From positions 128,001-192,000 of the IMG/VR virus record IMGVR_UViG_3300037312_000330: a stretch of 64,000 nucleotides of DNA. One strand, written 5' to 3'. The notes under the pieces are model-generated. The model saw nothing but the letters and a program-made list of their open reading frames with translations. It had not been told where the DNA came from and made no database searches. This stretch comes from a virus. Its lineage: Duplodnaviria; Caudoviricetes. Below are positions 1 to 8,274 of this stretch, one piece after another (position 1 is the first letter of the stretch; every line of letters starts with the position of its first letter). A program made the translations under genes and the position numbers.

Positions 1-1515
1 CAGAACTCGCTGTATCGTGGCGCCGAGTACGGGGTAGCCGTCGAGGCGTTCCAGAAGATGCAGAAGCAGTTCCATGCTCTCAGCGTCGCTGACGAGGACA
101 ACTTTGCATGGACGAACTACAACGGCACGTTCAAGACGGCGGCTCGCATTCGCAACACGGCGATCGGCACGTTGCTGGTGGATCTGAGTGGTTCGCCGGC
201 CACTGTCGAGAGCGCGGCGAAGGCTCCGCTAGATCTAGAAGCCGCAGTGCGCAAGTACGAGGTCGTGGTGGCTCCATCCAACTATCGTCGCACCACGGCT
301 CTCGTGACGCCGGCGATGATCAAGAAGGCCAAGGAGAAGGTTGCCGAACTTGGACTGACATCGGCTCTGGAGCGTCGCTACGCCACGATCCACGACATCT
401 CGATCAACAACATCTTGTTCGCTGACCGAGCTGCACGCAAGGTCATTAACGGTGATGCGTTCGACGATCTGCTGGCTGTCACTAGCAGCCGCGTGTCGAG
501 CAAGGCGCTGGACAAGATCGAGGAAGTGCCGATCGAGAAATTCCTCAAAGACATCGTGCCGCGCATCGACAGCATGGAAGTGCTGGTCGAGAATCATCAC
601 AAGGCGAACCTTGTCAGTCTCGTGGCGCCGCAGGACGCAACTGCCAAGCCACTGTTCAAATGGGACAATCGCTTCAGTTGGTCGTACAACGGCGAAGTGG
701 CCGATGCGATCAAGGAACGTGTGAAGAAGGCTGGAGGCAATGTCGAGGGTGACTTGTGCTGCCGTCTCGCATGGTCCAATTACGACGACCTCGACTTCCA
801 TATGATCGAACCTGACGGGTACGAGATCAGCTTCCGCACTCGTGGCAGTGTCTCTCGCTGTGGGGGACAACTGGACGTAGACATGAATGCTGGTCGTGGC
901 CAGACGCGGGAGCCCGTGGAGAACATCTTCTACGGAAACCGACGCACCATGAAGGAAGGCAACTACCACCTGTTCGTGCATCAATACGCCAAGCGTGAGA
1001 CCAAGGATGTCGGCTTCACGGTGCAGTTCGACTTCCTCGGCAAAGTCACGCAATTCACATACGACAAGGCAGTGCCGGACAATGCGAAGATCACTGTGGT
1101 GAAGTTCAAGTACACTCACAAGGAAGGTATCCAGATCATCGAATCCTTGCCTGCTGGCAACGATCCGTCGGCACCTGGAAGCGTGGTTTGGGGAATTCCG
1201 ACACAGACTTACCACAAGGTCAATGTCATGATGCTGAGCCCCAACTTCTGGGATGAGAAGGAGGTGGGGAACAAGCACTACTTCTTCATGCTGGATGGAT
1301 GCAAGAACGACGGCACGGCGCGGGGCTTCTTCAACGAGTTCCTGCGCAGTGACCTCGACCAACACCGCAAGGTGATGGAAATGGTGGGTAGCAAGATGCT
1401 TCTCGAGAACGCTGACGAACAAATTAGCGGCCTCGGCTTCTCTTCTACTCTCCGCAACACCCTCGTGGCCCGGGTCAATGGCTCATTCACTCGCACGATC
1501 AAAATCGTGTTCTAA
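1..1515 (+). CDS. Conserved phage hypothetical protein with YfaP/DUF2135-like domain (5' truncated by window)
   Basis: Frame 1 open from base 1 (QNSLYRGAEYG...); motifs DDLDFHMIEPDG and GQLDVDMNAG resemble YfaP/DUF2135. Confidence 0.6.
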   Translation, partial: QNSLYRGAEYGVAVEAFQKMQKQFHALSVADEDNFAWTNYNGTFKTAARIRNTAIGTLLVDLSGSPATVESAAKAPLDLEAAVRKYEVVVAPSNYRRTTALVTPAMIKKAKEKVAELGLTSALERRYATIHDISINNILFADRAARKVINGDAFDDLLAVTSSRVSSKALDKIEEVPIEKFLKDIVPRIDSMEVLVENHHKANLVSLVAPQDATAKPLFKWDNRFSWSYNGEVADAIKERVKKAGGNVEGDLCCRLAWSNYDDLDFHMIEPDGYEISFRTRGSVSRCGGQLDVDMNAGRGQTREPVENIFYGNRRTMKEGNYHLFVHQYAKRETKDVGFTVQFDFLGKVTQFTYDKAVPDNAKITVVKFKYTHKEGIQIIESLPAGNDPSAPGSVVWGIPTQTYHKVNVMMLSPNFWDEKEVGNKHYFFMLDGCKNDGTARGFFNEFLRSDLDQHRKVMEMVGSKMLLENADEQISGLGFSSTLRNTLVARVNGSFTRTIKIVF

Positions 1516-1530
1516 CTTGAAAGGTAAACA

Positions 1531-1950
1531 ATGGACCAGAACATCAACATCTTCGAACAGGCCTCCCGTCTGGCGCTGCGTTTCGATTCCCCGAAGGGCA
1601 AGCTGTCTGTTGAGGATCTGTGGAACCTGCCGCTGCAGTCCACCAACAAGGACAAGGCCAACCTCGACGACATCGCGATCGCGCTGAACGAGCAGAACAA
1701 GACGGCCGCGCAGACCCTCTCGTTCGTCTCGCCGACGACCTCCTCGAAGGAGAACGCCGAAGTGTCGCTGAAGTTCGAGATCGTAAAGTACATCATCGGC
1801 GTCAAGGTGCGCGAGCGTGACATCGCGGCCCAGGAAAAGGAACGCGCCGAAAAGAAGCAGGAGCTGCTGGCGGCGCTGGAGCGTGCGGAGAACCGTGCGC
1901 TGGACGCCAAGTCGCCGGAAGAACTCCGCGCGATGATCGCGGCGATGTAA
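1531..1950 (+). CDS. Conserved phage hypothetical protein
   Basis: RBS AAGGT; IFEQASRLALRFDSPKGKLSVEDLWNLPL N-terminus; coiled-coil C-terminus. Confidence 0.8.
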   Translation: MDQNINIFEQASRLALRFDSPKGKLSVEDLWNLPLQSTNKDKANLDDIAIALNEQNKTAAQTLSFVSPTTSSKENAEVSLKFEIVKYIIGVKVRERDIAAQEKERAEKKQELLAALERAENRALDAKSPEELRAMIAAM

Positions 1951-1957
1951 GTCGCAT

Positions 1958-1977
1958 GGGTGGCCTTCGGGCCACCC
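1958..1977 (+). terminator. Hairpin terminator with UUCG loop
   Basis: GGGTGGCC-TTCG-GGCCACCC just after stop at 1950. Confidence 0.75.
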
Positions 1978-2175
1978 CTTCACCATGATCTTCTGGTCTG
2001 AAGAACAACAGTCATGGATGTGAGACCGGTGGAACTGCGGTAACGCTACGCCCCTGCGGTCTTGGACTGCAGTCCATCTCCACTTCAGCAACGGTGATCC
2101 AGTTCGTGAGGAGGACCTTCCTCGTCTCGAACAAGCCAAGTTGGCACTGGAAGCAGAGAGGTATAAATAGGTTGT

Positions 2176-2403
2176 ATGGACAAACCACTCCTGAGCGCTG
2201 ACAAGATTCAGCTTGCGGACATCATCAACGACTTCCGCTACAACACGAAGCCTACGGACATGAGTCCGCCGAACATGAAGCAGGAACAGTTGACAATTCG
2301 CAACTTGGCCATCATCGATCTGACAAACAAGATCGCCAGCGAGATGGCTCCGGAAGACAGAGAGAAATTCCTGGAAAGAGCACTTGCGAGGAGAGGCGAG
2401 TGA
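2176..2403 (+). CDS. Hypothetical protein
   Basis: ORF with AGGT RBS, coupled to next gene. Confidence 0.65.
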   Translation: MDKPLLSADKIQLADIINDFRYNTKPTDMSPPNMKQEQLTIRNLAIIDLTNKIASEMAPEDREKFLERALARRGE

Positions 2404-2648
2404 CACATCTAATGTCCGCCCTAGAAATGCGTTCTGCTATGCGTCTTCCAGATGGTCCGAACGCCGGGCGCGTCCGATTGTTTGCTGAAGCACAAAAGCG
2501 TGCTCTCGAGCAGAAAGTGTATGAGATGCACCTCAACTTTGCCGAGTTCGGTTACTCCTGGAACGATGTCCAATGGATCCAGGACTTAGGATTTACCCTC
2601 AACCGAAATGGCGCGTGTTTGTGGTGGGAGGTAACATGGAACGAATGA
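2400..2648 (+). CDS. Hypothetical protein
   Basis: GTGA overlap with previous gene. Confidence 0.6.
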   Translation: MTHLMSALEMRSAMRLPDGPNAGRVRLFAEAQKRALEQKVYEMHLNFAEFGYSWNDVQWIQDLGFTLNRNGACLWWEVTWNE

Positions 2649-2687
2649 CAAAGCAATGGCCATTCATCAGCACTGCCTTCCGAAAGG

Positions 2688-2939
2688 ATGAGGATGAAAG
2701 AACAGAGTGTCACTACGAACATCAAGGAATCGTACGAGCAACTGCGTGCTATGGTGGAGAGGCTCGACATCAAGATCGTGACAGCAACACAGCATCCTCG
2801 TCCGGATCCCGTGTGGCACCATCCACGTCGCACATCTCTTCGTCATGAATACGAAGCGGAGATGAGGCGTCTGTATCCCGGTTGGGAATCCCCGCCTAAC
2901 GATATCCTCATCATTGACTACATCACACTTCTACCATGA
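2688..2939 (+). CDS. Small hypothetical protein with DnaB-like motif fragments
   Basis: IVTATQ and ILIIDYI; stop overlaps next ATG. Confidence 0.5.
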   Translation: MRMKEQSVTTNIKESYEQLRAMVERLDIKIVTATQHPRPDPVWHHPRRTSLRHEYEAEMRRLYPGWESPPNDILIIDYITLLP

Positions 2940-3283
2940 GCGACAACACGTTTGAAGACCCCAAGTACTCTTGGGAGTCTGGCTATCAACCTTACTGCCT
3001 CCGCTGCAACACAATGTATCGCATGCGACGCAACGACGACGGATGGAAGTGCCAAGGACGTCGGTGTGGTCTGCAGATCACCAAGAGTGGTGAGAGTGTG
3101 CCCGACGGCAAGAAAGGCCCGATAGACAACTTCGCAGACAACATGCGTGGACGGTCGATCATCGACAGCATGATCGAGAATCGCTATTCGGAAGTTGGCC
3201 CGTCGGACGATCCGTTGGAAGAGGTCCGTCGCATTCAGGAAGCAGGTGAACTACTGCGTGGTGTCTTGTCAAAAGGAAAATGA
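2936..3283 (+). CDS. Hypothetical protein with Zn-ribbon-like CxxC/CxxxxC
   Basis: YCLRC...KCQGRRC; ATGA coupling at both ends. Confidence 0.7.
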   Translation: MSDNTFEDPKYSWESGYQPYCLRCNTMYRMRRNDDGWKCQGRRCGLQITKSGESVPDGKKGPIDNFADNMRGRSIIDSMIENRYSEVGPSDDPLEEVRRIQEAGELLRGVLSKGK

Positions 3284-3456
3284 TGGAGTTCCACGAACGA
3301 CCTGACTGGTGGTTGCACCACGCAGTGGATAGCTATCTACGCGCGGAGTTCGCAGCTACCGATGAACACGTGTCCACGGTTTGGGCACATCGCATGTGGT
3401 TCGAACTGCTGATGTGGGCAGCAGAGGAGCCAGTTGTATGGCAGGAGTGGTGGTGA
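3280..3456 (+). CDS. Trp-rich small hypothetical protein (58 aa, not in ORF track)
   Basis: MMEFHERPDWWLHH...WQEWW*; ATGA overlap upstream, TGATG overlap downstream. Confidence 0.6.
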   Translation: MMEFHERPDWWLHHAVDSYLRAEFAATDEHVSTVWAHRMWFELLMWAAEEPVVWQEWW

Positions 3457-3659
3457 TGGACAAGAAACAAGCTGAAGATGAAGCGTCTGCCGTCAGTAGG
3501 TGGCAGAAAACAGTGGGACGGGCTCTCAAGTGCGATTGGTGCAACGGCAGTGGTCGTCAATACGCGCCGATTTACGACGACCCGGCTCTGGGGTACACGG
3601 AAAACGGTCCGTGTACGTGGTGTAACGGTACTGGCAAGGACATGACGAAAGTCTTCTGA
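3456..3659 (+). CDS. Small DnaJ-type zinc-finger protein
   Basis: CDWCNGSG ... CTWCNGTG (two CxxCxGxG repeats). Confidence 0.7.
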   Translation: MDKKQAEDEASAVSRWQKTVGRALKCDWCNGSGRQYAPIYDDPALGYTENGPCTWCNGTGKDMTKVF

Positions 3660-3661
3660 TC

Positions 3662-3874
3662 ATGGAACAGGTACGAATCACAAGGCCGTGGCCTTTCAGG
3701 TCTACGGACCAGCGTCTTGCATCGCAACAACAGGCGTTCGACAACTGCACGGCGCGTGGATACCGACCAAGTTCACTTCCTCCACAGTGTGCTTATCCCT
3801 TCTGCGAACCGCCCGAGTGCTGCGGCAATCCGCCGCCACGCAGACCTGATCCCTTCGATGGGACGGAGTGCTGA
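3662..3874 (+). CDS. Pro/Cys-rich hypothetical protein
   Basis: ORF track; in operon order. Confidence 0.5.
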   Translation: MEQVRITRPWPFRSTDQRLASQQQAFDNCTARGYRPSSLPPQCAYPFCEPPECCGNPPPRRPDPFDGTEC

Positions 3875-3875
3875 C

Positions 3876-3997
3876 ATGCCTAGCAGACTGATGAGTGTCA
3901 CCAGCATTGTGATCCCAACCTAGGATACGCGGACAACGGTCCATGTCCGTGGTGTGAGGGAACTGTCGAGGATAAGACAAAGGTCTACATTTCTTAG
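3876..3997 (+). pseudogene. Frameshifted paralogue of the 3456-3659 C-terminus
   Basis: DPNLGYADNGPCPWCEGTVEDKTKVY matches DPALGYTENGPCTWCNGTGKDMTKVF; ATG at 3876 is one base out of frame. Confidence 0.45.
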
Positions 3998-4005
3998 GAG
4001 AAGAC

Positions 4006-4173
4006 ATGATTTTCAAGTTGGAAGAAAGTCCTATCACCCCCGAAAAGGTGATCGTCCCGATCGACGGTGACGGATTTGCTGTCTACGAACTGTTGGAAAA
4101 AGCTGGATTGCACAAGAACGTTCGCGTTGCGTGTTGGGACGGATACGAAGACTGTATCGTCTTCAACGACTGA
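4006..4173 (+). CDS. Small hypothetical protein (55 aa, not in ORF track)
   Basis: RBS AGGAG; MIFKLEESPITPEKVIVP...CIVFND*. Confidence 0.65.
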   Translation: MIFKLEESPITPEKVIVPIDGDGFAVYELLEKAGLHKNVRVACWDGYEDCIVFND

Positions 4174-4182
4174 GGAACTCAC

Positions 4183-4416
4183 ATGGAGCTCAACCCTGTC
4201 AAGACCGTAACGTCAAAGACCACGTACACTCACCGCATGGAGTTCGATCTGGCTACTGTATTGAAAGCGTTGGGCATCCCTGAAAATTGCTCCGACATTG
4301 TGATCGAGTTGCCTGGAACTCCATCGTCACAGGCACAGACAATCAACTTGCCTCTCAAGTTTGGCCGGATTGTGGCAACTTGGGAGACACAAGAACAGGA
4401 GACCAAGAATGGGTAA
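4183..4416 (+). CDS. Hypothetical protein
   Basis: RBS GAGGA. Confidence 0.7.
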   Translation: MELNPVKTVTSKTTYTHRMEFDLATVLKALGIPENCSDIVIELPGTPSSQAQTINLPLKFGRIVATWETQEQETKNG

Positions 4417-4708
4417 GATCGAGGACATCAACAGTTTCCGATTGAGAACCGGATGCGGTCTGCGTGAAGCCAAAGACGCCATCGACAGGTACGGTAGCTT
4501 GGAAAAGGCGCTGGCTGCCTTGCATCCTGCAGATCCTGCAGCGGAACTGGATCCGTATGCGCGCGCAGTGGCGGATCGGGAACGTTGGCACGCAAAATCA
4601 TCTGAGTATCGGAACGGGTTGATTCGTATCCTGAACAGCACAACAGATGCAGATTCAGAGATCAAGGAGCTAGCAAAAGCTGCTATCCTGCGGGGCGATT
4701 ACCTGTAA
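4409..4708 (+). CDS. Hypothetical protein with L7/L12-CTD or EF-Ts N-terminal-like helical hairpin
   Basis: INSFRLRTGCGLREAKDAID; RBS AGGAG before ATG 4409. Confidence 0.55.
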   Translation: MGKIEDINSFRLRTGCGLREAKDAIDRYGSLEKALAALHPADPAAELDPYARAVADRERWHAKSSEYRNGLIRILNSTTDADSEIKELAKAAILRGDYL

Positions 4709-4710
4709 AT
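4703..4710 (+). promoter_or_regulatory. Recurrent motif CTGTAAAT (candidate phage promoter)
   Basis: Just upstream of the topoisomerase operon; recurs upstream of other replication genes. Confidence 0.5.
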
Positions 4711-4743
4711 AATACCAATACCACCGCACAGGACAGAAAGAGA

Positions 4744-6642
4744 ATGGCGAAGAAGTACGACACCGAAGATATTGAACGGTACGCTGGCCTCAAGGGAATC
4801 CGCAAGAAACCCACTCCGTATATCGGCCCGAACGACGGCGACGGTCTATGGACTTGTATCCGAGAGCCACTCGACAACTGCGTCGACTTGATTCTCAAGG
4901 GCATTGGGAACAACTTGGCGCATCTGATGTTCGATCCTGAACCCAACGTGTACTGGATCATCGACGCTGGTCCTGGGTTCCCGGTTGGAACTAAAGTGTT
5001 CGAGAATGAACACGGCCAGAAGGAGAAGCTGAACACCTTCTACGTGGCAACCGGCCTGACGCACGCTGGTTCCAACTTCAAGGGAAACGCCACTTCACGC
5101 GGAACGCACGGCATCGGTATCAAGGCCACCAATGCGATGTCCAAGCGTTTCCAGGTGTGGACCTGCCGTGATGGTCAGTGGTGGACCATCAAGTACAAGG
5201 ACACCGTCAAGCAAGGTGAACCTGAGAAATGCAAGGCGCCGAAGCTGCCACATGGCATCAAGGTCAAGAAGGGTAGTGTCATCCGTGCGGAACCCGACTT
5301 GTCCTTGTTCACCAAGGATGCCAAGATCGATGCGTCTGCCATCCAATCGTGGTGTGAACTCACAGCCTATCTTGTTCCTGGCATCCAGGTCAAGTTCACC
5401 AACCGTAAGGGCAAGACGTTCGAGCTCCTGCACAAACGTGGCCCTATTGAGTTCATCGAGAAGCGGGTATCAGAACTCAAGTGCAACGTACAAAAGAAGA
5501 TGTTCCAACACCACAGCCAGCTTATGGATGTGGTGATCGCGTTTACGGACGCGGATGGCGATCAGATTTCTGCCTACACCAACGGCCTCCACAACAAGGA
5601 CGGCGGTGAACACGTGACGGCTGTCATGGACGGGATGTTCAAGAGCTTGAAACCGTTCTGGCCGAAGACACGCGGCAAAGACAAGAAGAAAGAAGCACCG
5701 TTCAACATGAACGACCTGCGCGATGGTCTGGTTGGTCTCGTGAATGCCAAGGTCGCGGCACCGAAGTTCAACAACCAACCCAAGGACAAGTTGGTTGACG
5801 ATCGCGTGTATCCGGAAGCTTACCCGGAGATGGCACAGGCATGGACCAAATTCTGGGAAGCGAACAAGTCACTGGCAAAGAGCATCGTGGATCGTGCCAT
5901 GGAGCTCAACAAGGCGACCACCAGCTTCAAGGCTGACAAGAAGCTGATCAAGAACGTGAACAGTGCCAGCAAGGGTCTGAAAACCAAGCTGTCTGGCATC
6001 GTAGGTAACGCTCCGGTGGAGAAGCGTGAACTCTTCATCGTAGAAGGCGATTCAGCGGCGGGCACTGCAAAGCGTGCTCGCGACAAGAGCTTCCAAGCCA
6101 TCTATGCTTTGCGCGGCAAACCATTGAACGCAATGGAAGCGCAACAGGCGAAGGTTAACAACAATGCTGAACTCGTTGGTCTGCTAGCGGCAATCGGTGT
6201 TAAGCTGGACGCCAAGGACACTGAGAAGTCGCTCAAGGCAATGCCCTACGGCAAGATCATCAAGCTTGCCGACCCGGACGTTGATGGCAAACACATCAAC
6301 GTGCTGATCGATGGCAACATCTGGAAGTATGCACCGCAGGTCATCACGAGTGGTCGCATGTACGCGGTGGTCGCTCCACTGTACAAGTGTCTGCACAAAG
6401 GCAAGACGTACTTCGGCATGACCAAGGAAGAGATCTACAAGAAGACTGGCAGTCAGAAGGTGGACATCCAGTACATCAAGGGATGGGGTGAGATCAACGA
6501 AGAAGACATGTCCGTGGCTCTCGATCCAGGTGCACGTAAGCTCATCCGAATCATGCCTCCTTCCAAGAAGGAAGCCGAGGAGTTCCAAGCTCTGCTCGGC
6601 AAGAACGTGGCGTACAGGAAGAAGTTGCTTGGCGTAGAATGA
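4744..6642 (+). CDS. gyrB: Type IIA DNA topoisomerase, ATPase/TOPRIM subunit (GyrB/ParE-like)
   Basis: GHKL motifs REPLDNCVD, DAGPG, GTHGIGIKATNAMS; TOPRIM ELFIVEGDSA, LRGKPLN, DPDVDGKHI. Confidence 0.95.
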   Translation: MAKKYDTEDIERYAGLKGIRKKPTPYIGPNDGDGLWTCIREPLDNCVDLILKGIGNNLAHLMFDPEPNVYWIIDAGPGFPVGTKVFENEHGQKEKLNTFYVATGLTHAGSNFKGNATSRGTHGIGIKATNAMSKRFQVWTCRDGQWWTIKYKDTVKQGEPEKCKAPKLPHGIKVKKGSVIRAEPDLSLFTKDAKIDASAIQSWCELTAYLVPGIQVKFTNRKGKTFELLHKRGPIEFIEKRVSELKCNVQKKMFQHHSQLMDVVIAFTDADGDQISAYTNGLHNKDGGEHVTAVMDGMFKSLKPFWPKTRGKDKKKEAPFNMNDLRDGLVGLVNAKVAAPKFNNQPKDKLVDDRVYPEAYPEMAQAWTKFWEANKSLAKSIVDRAMELNKATTSFKADKKLIKNVNSASKGLKTKLSGIVGNAPVEKRELFIVEGDSAAGTAKRARDKSFQAIYALRGKPLNAMEAQQAKVNNNAELVGLLAAIGVKLDAKDTEKSLKAMPYGKIIKLADPDVDGKHINVLIDGNIWKYAPQVITSGRMYAVVAPLYKCLHKGKTYFGMTKEEIYKKTGSQKVDIQYIKGWGEINEEDMSVALDPGARKLIRIMPPSKKEAEEFQALLGKNVAYRKKLLGVE

Positions 6643-7103
6643 TGGAAGACGAAGCCATCTGGAGGCGAAAGCTCTCAAACCTACGCAGCAATGCCACTCG
6701 ACGCGGCATTGAATACCACCTAAGCTTGAAACAGTACGTTCGTCTTGCTGAGAAAGCAGACATAACCCATTCGGATATAGGAAGGGGCGGTGGTCAATAT
6801 GTGATGGCCCGAAAGAGAGATCGGGGCTGCTATGAGATTGGCAACTGTCGTTTCATCACCAAAGAGGAGAATACTGCCGAGATGAACCTCTATGGTGGTG
6901 GTCAGCGTCGAATAGATGCCATGACTGGTCGCACAAAAGAGACTCATCCGGGTGTAGCTCGTCAGGCGATGAAGAAGACTGGTCGTAACAAACACAACGA
7001 CCCTTCAGTAGCTAGAATGGCCGAAAAGATGGCTGGCAGATCGAAGGCCACTCATGAACATCTGTTTAAGATGTCCCTCAAGAGGAGCAAAGCCTCATCA
7101 TAA
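6639..7103 (+). mobile_element. Free-standing putative homing endonuclease (HNH-like domain + NUMOD-like repeats)
   Basis: NATRRGIEYHL...YVMARKRDRGCYEIGNCRFIT..EN; three GR[TNS]K..[HD] repeats at C-terminus. Confidence 0.55.
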
Positions 7104-7106
7104 AGG

Positions 7107-7346
7107 ATGGACGGGCAAGTACGTGAAACGCAAGAAACTCTTAGGAGTGGAATGATGACGTTAGACGAACGCAAGGCGCAGCTTCTTCCTAAGCTGACAC
7201 CAGAATTCTTGGCTACTCTTGCGGAAGCAGTCCGTGTAGTAGGTTGGGAAGTGGACGCCCATGAGACAACTTCCCTAGTGAAGGTGTTGCATGACTACGT
7301 TGGATCGCCGCGTCCTGATGATCTCTCTCCATACGAGGACGAGTGA
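7107..7346 (+). CDS. Hypothetical protein
   Basis: ORF track; coupled to next gene. Confidence 0.6.
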   Translation: MDGQVRETQETLRSGMMTLDERKAQLLPKLTPEFLATLAEAVRVVGWEVDAHETTSLVKVLHDYVGSPRPDDLSPYEDE

Positions 7347-7462
7347 TGTTCGAACGCAAAGTGAAGTGGCAGTTCGTGATGCCCCTGAGTTTCACTGACA
7401 AGGAGCACACGACAATCGACCTGTACGCGTTCTCCCAAGATCTCGTCAGGAGTCTGCGGTGA
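7346..7462 (+). CDS. Small hypothetical protein (38 aa)
   Basis: TGATG and GTGA couplings on either side. Confidence 0.4.
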   Translation: MFERKVKWQFVMPLSFTDKEHTTIDLYAFSQDLVRSLR

Positions 7463-7812
7463 TCAACCACGAAGGATTCTGGTGGTCGAAAGACGAGCCA
7501 CACCTTCCAAAGCCAATCGCGCTTCCATACAAGTGGGTGGGACGCAAAGCTTTTCTGCAGTCACTACGGCGCACCGAAGCGCGTATCGATACACACAAGA
7601 TCGGCCGCGTCTCCGAGTGCAAAGGTAGTTCGTGGTGTCGCATTTGCGAAGAGAAGAACGGCAGCAAGGAATACAGTCTGTCGTTTATGGAATCGATTTG
7701 GGAGTGGCCTGCGGGCTATCTCCACTACATCAAGGCCCACAACGTGAGACCGAGCCAAGCATTCCAAGAGTTCATCATGGCAGTGGACGCTGGGTCGTCA
7801 AAGGTCAAGTAA
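7459..7812 (+). CDS. Conserved hypothetical protein
   Basis: CKGSSWCRIC...WEWPAGYLHYIKAHNVRPSQAF. Confidence 0.7.
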   Translation: MINHEGFWWSKDEPHLPKPIALPYKWVGRKAFLQSLRRTEARIDTHKIGRVSECKGSSWCRICEEKNGSKEYSLSFMESIWEWPAGYLHYIKAHNVRPSQAFQEFIMAVDAGSSKVK

Positions 7813-7994
7813 TGCAAGAACTGTCAGAAGTCCAGAAGCTGACTCTAGATTTACTGCGTTTTCAAGAAGCACACAACGATCAGCTCAGAATCGATCCAAC
7901 CCACGAAGTAGCATTAGCAATGTTGGATAGGGACATCAAGCGCGCCAAGTTGGTGCTGGAACTATCAATGGGAAAGAACTATGAGCAAAGATAA
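7812..7994 (+). CDS. Hypothetical protein
   Basis: TAATG coupling; start MQELSEV. Confidence 0.6.
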   Translation: MQELSEVQKLTLDLLRFQEAHNDQLRIDPTHEVALAMLDRDIKRAKLVLELSMGKNYEQR

Positions 7995-8274
7995 TCCTAA
8001 CGCGGTTGAAACCGAGATGGCTGAAGTGCAGATCCGCATGACCAAGGAAGAACGTGAGCTGCTGCTGTGCACGATCGCTAGTCTGGCTGAAGACTACATG
8101 GCGGCACATGGTGCTGTCTATCCAGAGGACAGACGCCCGATCTGGCACTTCATCGATCACACTGCTGTAAAGTGGGGTGTCGTGAATCCGTTCCGACTGA
8201 ATCCGGACAACGCAGGCAACAAGGAAAGCAATGCCCAAGAAGGTCAAGAACAAGGTCAAAACCAGCAAGGCTGA
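7981..8274 (+). CDS. Hypothetical protein
   Basis: ORF track. Confidence 0.6.
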   Translation: MSKDNPNAVETEMAEVQIRMTKEERELLLCTIASLAEDYMAAHGAVYPEDRRPIWHFIDHTAVKWGVVNPFRLNPDNAGNKESNAQEGQEQGQNQQG

